Of a DNA stretch of 64,000 nucleotides, positions 57,981 through 64,000 are shown piece by piece. This DNA comes from Tepidisphaeraceae bacterium (lineage in GTDB: Bacteria > Planctomycetota > Phycisphaerae > Tepidisphaerales > Tepidisphaeraceae). The notes below the pieces were generated by a model, which made no database searches, had not been told where the DNA came from, and saw only the letters and a program-made list of their open reading frames with translations. Each line of letters starts with the position of its first letter. The stretch's first letter is position 1. Where the stretch lies: positions 89,647 through 153,646 of the forward strand of contig DASYHQ010000050.1 in assembly GCA_035998445.1 (NCBI GenBank). Direction: 5' to 3'. The translations under genes and the position numbers were made by a program.

Positions 57981-59366
57981 CTAATGTCCCTCCGCCGGCT
58001 CGCCCAGCAGCTTCTTCAGTTCCTTGAACTTGTCATCCAGCATCGCCTTGCTCGGCGCTTCCAAATTCAGGCGCAACAGCGGTTCGGTGTTGCTCTTGCG
58101 GACGTTGAACCACCAGTCGCCCATGTCAACGGTGATGCCGTCAAGGTAGTCGCTCTTGCCGGTCTTATACGCCTCGGCGATCTCGCGGATCTTGGCGTCC
58201 TTGTCGTCGACGAGAAAGTTGACCTCGCCGGTCTGGAAGTACTTGCTGAACGGCTTGAGCTGCGCGCTGGCCGGGGCGGCCTGCTTCGACAGCACCGACA
58301 GCACCTTGGCGAACGCAATCGCCCCGCTGTCGGCGTAAAAGTTGCCCTGGAAGTAGAAGTGCCCGCTCAGTTCCCCGCCGAACACCGCCTTCGTCTCGGC
58401 CATCGTTTTCTTGATGAACGCGTGACCAACGCGGTCGCGCTTCGGCACGCCACCTGCCGCCTTGATTTCGTCGGGCACCACATGGCTGCTGCGCAGATCG
58501 TAGACGATCGTCGCGCCGGGCTGCTCGATCAGGAAATCCTTGGCCATGACCGCCGTCAGGATGTCGCAACCGATCGTCTGGCCTAGTTCGTCGACGAAGA
58601 AGCACCGGTCGGCGTCACCGTCGAAGCAACCGCCGAGGTCGGCGCCCGTCTCGCGCACCTTGGCCTTGAGCATGTCCAAGTTCGAATCGACCAGCGGATT
58701 GGGGTCGTGCACGAAGCTGCCGGTGATCTCGAAGAGTAGCGGGATGATCTCGAGGTTCGGCACGTCGTTGAAGACCAGCGGCACCATCTTACCCGCCATG
58801 CCGTTGCTGGCGTCGACCACGACGCGCAGCTTGCGCTTCAGGTCCATGAACTGCAGCACGTGTTTGCGGTACGCCGGCCAGAGGTCCTGCTCGACGATCT
58901 GCCCCTTCAGCCCCGTATTGCCCACGCGCAGCGTGCTGGCGATGCGCTTGATGTCCCCCAGCCCACTGGCCGCGCCGATCGGCTTGGCCTTGGGCCCGCT
59001 GATCTTGAACCCATTGTACTGAATGGGGTTGTGCGACGCCGTCGTCATTATGCCGCCGACGGTGTCCAGTTCGTTGATCGCAAAGTAGATGAACGACGTG
59101 TCGACCATGCCGACGTCGACCACATTCATCCCGACCGACCGAATGCCGTCCATGAGGGCATTGGCCAGGTCGGGTGAATGGGGGCGCATGTCGCGCCCGA
59201 CGACCATCGTGTCCTCGCGGGCCACCTTCTTGTCGGCCGGCAGGGCTGCCCGGCTGCGCTTCAGGTACTGGGCCGCAGCGTGACCCACCTTCCACGCCAT
59301 TTCCTCGTTTAGCGGGCTCGGATAGACCGCGCGGACGTCGTACGCCTTAAAGATCTTATCGATCAT
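57981..59366 (-). CDS. Phosphoglucomutase/phosphomannomutase family protein
   Basis: TASHNPIQYNGFK (the active Ser loop), GDGDADR (Mg site) and ~460 aa. The start at MIDKIF has a GGAAGGA RBS. Confidence 0.9.
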   Translation of the reverse strand: MIDKIFKAYDVRAVYPSPLNEEMAWKVGHAAAQYLKRSRAALPADKKVAREDTMVVGRDMRPHSPDLANALMDGIRSVGMNVVDVGMVDTSFIYFAINELDTVGGIMTTASHNPIQYNGFKISGPKAKPIGAASGLGDIKRIASTLRVGNTGLKGQIVEQDLWPAYRKHVLQFMDLKRKLRVVVDASNGMAGKMVPLVFNDVPNLEIIPLLFEITGSFVHDPNPLVDSNLDMLKAKVRETGADLGGCFDGDADRCFFVDELGQTIGCDILTAVMAKDFLIEQPGATIVYDLRSSHVVPDEIKAAGGVPKRDRVGHAFIKKTMAETKAVFGGELSGHFYFQGNFYADSGAIAFAKVLSVLSKQAAPASAQLKPFSKYFQTGEVNFLVDDKDAKIREIAEAYKTGKSDYLDGITVDMGDWWFNVRKSNTEPLLRLNLEAPSKAMLDDKFKELKKLLGEPAEGH

Positions 59367-59605
59367 GTGTTCCTTCCCGGGCCTGCCCGAGGCGGAAGTG
59401 TACTTAGCAGCGTCAACAGCGGCAATCGAAGAGGACATGCGCATGCTATCGGGTAGCGACCACGACAGGGTAAGACGAGCGCGACACGGGAACGCCGGCC
59501 AGCGTGCCACGCGAGCGTCTGGCATTCCGTGCGCACCGGCGGGGGCGCGCGTAGCGACTATCCGACCTGTTCAGCGATCGACGCCGTCGCTAAAGTCCAC
59601 CCATC

Positions 59606-60550
59606 ATGAAAACGCAACTGCTCGGCCGATCGTCGCTCGTCTCGTCGCGCCTGTCGTACGGCAACATGCGTTCGGTCGGCACGTGGAACCCTGCCGAGGT
59701 TACGCCCGAACGCATGGCCAAGGCCGTGCAGGCGCACATCGCGGCGTACGAAGCAGGCTACACGCTCTTCGACACCGCAGACATCTACTGCCGGGGCATG
59801 TGCGAGACCGCGCTGGGCAACACGCTAAAGCAGGTCAGCGGCATGCGCGACCGCATCTTAATCGCCACCAAGTGCGGCATCCGCTTCGCGGGCGACCCCG
59901 CGCCCGACTCGCCCCACCGCTACGATTTTTCGGCCCAGCACATCGAACGGTCGGTCGAAGGGACGTTGTCCCGCCTGGGCGTCGAGACGATCGACGTCTT
60001 CCACCTGCATCGCCCGGATCTGCTGATGAACCCACCCGAGATCGCCGCTGCGTTCGACCGCGTCCGCAGCGCCGGCAAGGTGCGCGAGTTCGCCGTCAGC
60101 AACTTCTCGCCCAGCTTCGTCGCGGCGCTGCAGGCCCACCTGCCCTTCCCACTGGTTGCCAACCAGGTCGAGATTCACCTCGGTCGGCTCGACCCGTTCA
60201 CGGACGGCACGCTCGATCAATGCATCGAGCGCACCATCACCCCGCTCAGCTGGAGCCCTTTGGCCGGTGGCTGGCTGGGCGCCGGTCGCACGCTGCCCGC
60301 CGACGCGCCGAATCGGGAGAATCGCCAGAAGTTGCTGGACGTGCTCGACGCCACCGCGACCGAGCACGGCGTTAGCCGGACCGTCATCGCGCTCGCCTGG
60401 CTCCTGAAACACCCCAGCCAGATCATCCCCATTATCGGGTCGGCCACCCCCGCCAACATCGTTGACGCCGCCAAGGCCGACGACATCGACCTGACACGCG
60501 ACCAGTGGTACCGCATCCTGCTCGCAGCGCGCGGCAAGGCGTTGCCGTAA
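59606..60550 (+). CDS. Aldo/keto reductase
   Basis: MKTQLLGRSSL.VS.L.YG.M and the AKR TIM-barrel motifs (FDTADIY, IATK). Confidence 0.85.
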   Translation: MKTQLLGRSSLVSSRLSYGNMRSVGTWNPAEVTPERMAKAVQAHIAAYEAGYTLFDTADIYCRGMCETALGNTLKQVSGMRDRILIATKCGIRFAGDPAPDSPHRYDFSAQHIERSVEGTLSRLGVETIDVFHLHRPDLLMNPPEIAAAFDRVRSAGKVREFAVSNFSPSFVAALQAHLPFPLVANQVEIHLGRLDPFTDGTLDQCIERTITPLSWSPLAGGWLGAGRTLPADAPNRENRQKLLDVLDATATEHGVSRTVIALAWLLKHPSQIIPIIGSATPANIVDAAKADDIDLTRDQWYRILLAARGKALP

Positions 60551-60593
60551 GAACGGCGCTCGCCTATCTCGACACATCAAGAAAGCCAAATGC

Positions 60594-60702
60594 AACCGCG
60601 GAGATGCAGAGGACGCGGAGATAGAGGGAGAAGCGTTCAAAGTGGAAAAAGCATTCTGAACGCGTCTCTCTCTATCTCCACGTCCTCCGCGTCTCTGCGG
60701 TT
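60594..60702. other. Long imperfect palindrome (42-nt arms, ~6 mismatches) between convergent genes. It may be a bidirectional terminator or a structured RNA.
   Basis: aaccgcggagatgcagaggacgcggagatagagggagaagcg versus the reverse complement of cgcgtctctctctatctccacgtcctccgcgtctctgcggtt. Confidence 0.6.
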
Positions 60703-60718
60703 ATCCGAGTTCGTCCCG

Positions 60719-62320
60719 CTAGCTGTATCGGCGTCGGCGCGTGCCCAGAAGCAACATGCCACCCAGGCCGACGCCGACCGCGCTCGCCGGCTCGGGCACC
60801 GCCGTCAGCGTCACGATGTCGGTGGTGTGTTCACGGCGTTCCCAACCGGTTACTTCGCCCTTCGTGTTCATTAGCGGGAAGAGATAGACGGGCGTCAGGA
60901 TGGCCTTCCAGATGCCATCCTCTTCGAACACGTTCACCTCGACGTGACCGTAATGCTTGCCGCCCGACAGCAGCACATTGCCGTCCCAGATTTCCGGTGC
61001 ATCGGTGTGCGCGATGAACTCCTGGAACTCGTTCTTCAGGACATCCTCAGTGAGCGGCGCCCGCAGACCGTCGCCACCGATGCCCACGTCGTAGAAGTGG
61101 ATGCCGTCGACGAGCGAATGTTCGTACATCTCATCGTGGCCACTGAAGACGGCGTCGACGCCGTACTGGGACAGCAACGGGGTAAGGGCCCGCATCGGCA
61201 CGCCCGATTGCGGGTCGAGACCGGCGTCGATCGCGCCCGGGGCCAATCCGTGCGGGCCGGTGGAATAGGGCGCGTGATGAAACTGCACGAACGTGAACTG
61301 GCTCGCCTGCTGCGCGTCGGCCAACTGCGACTGCAGCCACGCGTACTGCTCCGAGCCTGGCATGTAGTCGGGCGCGTTGGAACCGGACAAGTGATGATTG
61401 GTGTCGGTCGCCTTACCGTGTTCACCACCGTCGCTGGAATCGATCGTGATGTAGGTGATCGGGCCAAGGTCGAACCGATGGTACCGGCCGTTGTGTTGCG
61501 CGTTGGTCGCGCCGTTGTCAGGGGTTTCGAAGTACGTTCGGAACTTATCCGTCGAGCGGTTCGCCGCCACTGCCGTGTAACCGCCCAGATCTCCCGGACC
61601 GCCGTAATTCTCATGATTGCCTAGCGCCGCGATGATCGGCGTGCGACTGGCGAGCGTGCCGTAGGCACCGGCGTTGTGCTTCCAGAATTCGTCCCAATCG
61701 CGCTGCTCGCCACCCGATTCCACAAGATCGCCGGCAATCGCGACAAAGTCCGGATTGCGCGCCGCGATGGCGGCCAGGTTTTGGCGGTAGCCTTCGGTTT
61801 GGTCGACGACGTACTGGTCGTTCAACCCCGCGGGGCGATTCGCTCCGATCGGCGCAGTCCACGCCGCCCGCTTCCCGGTCGATTCCGGCTCCGTTTCCGA
61901 GTCGGCGTAGACGGCAAAGCGGATCGAGTCGGTCTTCGCGGGCGCCGTTCGAAACGTGCTGGTGAACGGTGTGCCGTTCTGCAGCACCGTGTACTCGTAG
62001 CTCGTGCCAGGCGCAAGATTCGTCAGCCTTACCGAATGCGCGTACGGCCGCGCAGGATGGGGCCAGCCCACCTCAGCGGAATGGTACGACAACGCCGACG
62101 CCAGGGCCGGTGACGACGCGATCGTCGTCGGGCCACCCGCCAGCGCAACCGTGCCCGCGTCGGCGGATTCACTGAACCAGCGAATCGTCATCGCATCGCT
62201 GGCAGGGTTCTGCAGGTACGGCAACACCCGAAAATCGTCAGCAAGACCGCTTCCCGTTAGCCCTAGCAGCACCACCGAGGACGCAATCAGTTGATATCGA
62301 CGCGCGTATCTAGACCCCAT
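60719..62320 (-). CDS. Secreted calcineurin-like metallophosphoesterase (purple-acid-phosphatase-like) with a C-terminal PEP-CTERM sorting signal
   Basis: Signal peptide. GDLVESG ... GNHE metallophosphoesterase motifs. The C-terminus VPEPASAVGVGLGGMLLLGTRRRRYS is VPEP + TM + basic. Confidence 0.8.
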   Translation of the reverse strand: MGSRYARRYQLIASSVVLLGLTGSGLADDFRVLPYLQNPASDAMTIRWFSESADAGTVALAGGPTTIASSPALASALSYHSAEVGWPHPARPYAHSVRLTNLAPGTSYEYTVLQNGTPFTSTFRTAPAKTDSIRFAVYADSETEPESTGKRAAWTAPIGANRPAGLNDQYVVDQTEGYRQNLAAIAARNPDFVAIAGDLVESGGEQRDWDEFWKHNAGAYGTLASRTPIIAALGNHENYGGPGDLGGYTAVAANRSTDKFRTYFETPDNGATNAQHNGRYHRFDLGPITYITIDSSDGGEHGKATDTNHHLSGSNAPDYMPGSEQYAWLQSQLADAQQASQFTFVQFHHAPYSTGPHGLAPGAIDAGLDPQSGVPMRALTPLLSQYGVDAVFSGHDEMYEHSLVDGIHFYDVGIGGDGLRAPLTEDVLKNEFQEFIAHTDAPEIWDGNVLLSGGKHYGHVEVNVFEEDGIWKAILTPVYLFPLMNTKGEVTGWERREHTTDIVTLTAVPEPASAVGVGLGGMLLLGTRRRRYS

Positions 62321-62542
62321 ATGACAGAATCTAGCGATCTCCCAATGGTTTGTATACCGGACGTCCACCCGACTTTTTGACCGTCGCTTGTGGTTCCCAG
62401 ACCGCTGAACCGCAAGCGACTCATCGACTCCGCAACAACTCAGACGAGCACCAATGCCTGCGTTCCCCCTCCCCTTGTCCCCCCGCACAGGAACCCGTAA
62501 ACTACTGGACTTTCCCACAGCCGGGCTCGGCCGTGGACAGCA

Positions 62543-63640
62543 TTGTTGTCGTTTCGGAGATTTGCCGTGATTATCGTGATGCAGCCCCACACGTCCGCCG
62601 AGGCCATCGAGCGGGTGTCGAACGAGATCAAGCGTATGGGGTCGACGCCGCACCTGTCGCAGGGGCAGTTTCGCACGGTGATCGGGGCGGTTGGTGAGGA
62701 GGGCACGCTGGACCCGCAGCACTTGGCGGCGTTGGAAGGCGTGGAGAAGGTCGTCCCGATCATGAAGCCCTACAAGCTCGCCAGCCGCGAGTTTCACGAG
62801 GACGACTCGGTCGTCACGATCGGTGGTGGCAAGTCGCTGTTCGGCACGGAAGTACCGCAGGTGAAAGTAGGCGGCACGCACGCCGCATGCATCGCCGGGC
62901 CGTGCGCGGTCGAGAACGAGCAGATGCTCGGCCAGATCGCCCGCCACGTGCGCGACGGTGGCGCAACCGTCCTTCGCGGTGGCGTTTACAAGCCGCGCAC
63001 CTCTCCCTATTCGTTCCAGGGCCACGGCGAGCCCGCGATGAAGTGGATGCGCGCCACCGGCGACGAACTGGGCATGCCGATCTGCGTGGAGGTCATGGAC
63101 ACGCGTCAGGTCGAGCTGATGGAGAAGTACGTCGACTGCTTCCAGATCGGCGCCCGCAACATGCAGAACTTCGATCTGCTGCGCGAGGTCGGCAAGACCC
63201 GCAAGCCCGTCCTGCTGAAGCGCGGACTGGCCGCGACGGTGAAGGATTGGCTGCTGAGCGCCGAGTACGTGCTGAGCCAGGGAAACCGCGGCGTAATCCT
63301 GTGCGAGCGCGGCATCAAGACCTTTGAGGACAGCATCCGCTATTCGCTGGACATCACCAGCATTCCGGTGGCGTCGCAATTGAGCCACCTGCCGATCATC
63401 GTCGACCCCAGCCACGCCGCCGGCAAGCGAGACTATGTCGGCGCGTTGGCGCTATCGGGCATGGCCGCCGGGGCGCACGGTGTGATCGTCGAGGTTCACT
63501 ACAACCCCGCCGAGGCCCAGTGCGACGGCCCGCAGGCCCTGCTGCCCGAGACCTTCAAGAACCTCATGGGCAAGCTGCGCTCGATCGCGGCCGTCACGGG
63601 GAAAGAGTTCGCCGAGATCGGTGAAGTGGCGGCGGTATAA
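62543..63640 (+). CDS. 3-deoxy-7-phosphoheptulonate (DAHP) synthase, class I-beta with an N-terminal ferredoxin-like regulatory domain
   Basis: KDO8PS/DAHPS-like TIM barrel (GPCAVENEQ, KPRTSPYSFQG, IVDPSHA). The true start may be a GTG near 62566. Confidence 0.75.
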   Translation: MLSFRRFAVIIVMQPHTSAEAIERVSNEIKRMGSTPHLSQGQFRTVIGAVGEEGTLDPQHLAALEGVEKVVPIMKPYKLASREFHEDDSVVTIGGGKSLFGTEVPQVKVGGTHAACIAGPCAVENEQMLGQIARHVRDGGATVLRGGVYKPRTSPYSFQGHGEPAMKWMRATGDELGMPICVEVMDTRQVELMEKYVDCFQIGARNMQNFDLLREVGKTRKPVLLKRGLAATVKDWLLSAEYVLSQGNRGVILCERGIKTFEDSIRYSLDITSIPVASQLSHLPIIVDPSHAAGKRDYVGALALSGMAAGAHGVIVEVHYNPAEAQCDGPQALLPETFKNLMGKLRSIAAVTGKEFAEIGEVAAV

Positions 63641-63648
63641 CAAGAAAT

Positions 63649-63725
63649 CGTGCCCACGAATGAGCACGAAGGAACACGAATAAGAATGCATTTATTCGTG
63701 TCTATTCGTGCTCATTTGTGGGCAC
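63649..63725. other. Nested palindromes (outer gtgcccacgaatgagcacgaa / ttcgtgctcatttgtgggcac, inner acacgaataa / ttattcgtgt) between the DAHP synthase gene and tpiA
   Basis: Seen directly. Confidence 0.65.
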
Positions 63726-63758
63726 TGAATTGATCGGCAAGGCAGATAACAAAGCACT

Positions 63759-64000
63759 ATGGCACGTACACCGTTTATCGCTGGCAACTGGAAGATGAAC
63801 ACCACCAAGTCCGCGGCCATCGAGTTGGCCAAGGGCGTCGCGGCGGGCGTGCCCGCAGGCGTGGAAGTGGGCGTCGCGGTGCCGTTTGTTTACATCGACG
63901 CGGTGGCGCAGGCGGTCGCGGGGTCAAAGCTGATGGTAGGCGCTCAGGACGCCTACTTTGAGAAGAGCGGCGCGTTCACCGGTGAAATCTCGGTCGACAT
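63759..64000 (+). CDS. tpiA: Triosephosphate isomerase, N-terminal part (continues beyond the window)
   Basis: MARTPFIAGNWKMN ... the canonical TIM N-terminus. Confidence 0.9.
   Translation, partial: MARTPFIAGNWKMNTTKSAAIELAKGVAAGVPAGVEVGVAVPFVYIDAVAQAVAGSKLMVGAQDAYFEKSGAFTGEISVD

Noticed and set aside
62330-62542. Possible aromatic-amino-acid leader peptide or attenuator upstream of the DAHP synthase gene
   Set aside because: The only small ORF (MPAFPLPLSPRTG...) lacks a Phe/Tyr/Trp run. The upstream hairpin (gtcgcttgtgg...ccgcaagcgac) has no following U-tract. This is insufficient evidence.
62321-63415. Upstream 365 codons of the 898-aa minus-strand ORF 60719..63415
   Set aside because: This part is antisense to the well-supported DAHP synthase gene. 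The protein-like part starts at MGSRYARRYQ (62320), which has a signal peptide. The rest is a GC-bias open frame.
1-64000. tRNA/rRNA genes
   Set aside because: Scanning for T-loop consensus (GGTTCGAATCC-like) and for rRNA-like AT/GC patterns found nothing convincing. A small tRNA could still be missed without a covariance-model search (tRNAscan-SE/Infernal).

Overview
This is a 64-kb chromosomal segment with very high GC (roughly 65-68%) and dense coding on both strands. The gene content points to a PVC-superphylum (Planctomycetota-like) bacterium: an aroD-aroE fusion, a PPi-dependent phosphofructokinase, two clpP paralogs, a PEP-CTERM-tagged secreted enzyme and a TIGR02226-like double-TM/VWA protein. 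This is my inference, not a database result.

Housekeeping and metabolic genes: the 3' part of an AddA/RecB-type helicase-nuclease, a Cof-type HAD hydrolase, truD, an M24 aminopeptidase, accB and accC split by a tandem DinB-like protein, a PPi-PFK, the aroDE fusion, cimA, argG, a DAHP synthase, the start of tpiA, a phosphoglucomutase/phosphomannomutase, an aldo-keto reductase, a sugar-phosphate isomerase and an FTCD-like cyclodeaminase.

Accessory, envelope and signalling genes: a GH78 rhamnosidase, a GH5 enzyme with a CBM-like domain, two secreted hypotheticals, an HD-GYP protein, a Ser/Thr kinase, a PGRP-type amidase, a single-domain response regulator, an NfeD-flotillin pair, a YidE/YbjL-type transporter, and a DUF6883/DUF4926-like small-gene pair.

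The most unusual locus is a 14-kb, eight-gene same-strand cluster on the minus strand (40914-54894). It reads: small hypothetical, lipoprotein, RDD-domain protein, DUF58, BatA-like double-TM VWA protein, a second VWA membrane protein, a 1267-aa membrane/coiled-coil giant, and a secreted prenyltransferase/squalene-oxidase-repeat protein. No MoxR ATPase is present in the window, and there are start/stop overlaps between adjacent genes.

Other observations I consider worth a second look:
- a Thr/Ile-rich leader peptide plus intrinsic terminator (classic attenuator architecture) immediately upstream of cimA;
- a clpP2-glyoxalase/VOC-86aa-clpP1 operon;
- at least four families of intergenic palindromic repeats, including MITE-like elements with GTCATCCTGAGG termini, one of them a ~290-bp full-length copy;
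- a 600-bp composite palindrome between the HAD hydrolase and truD;
- perfect 28-bp and 31-bp inverted repeats;
- a 12-copy 21-bp tandem repeat lying in a long reading frame that is interrupted by a single in-frame TAA.

I did not recognise any rRNA, tRNA, CRISPR array or transposase gene.
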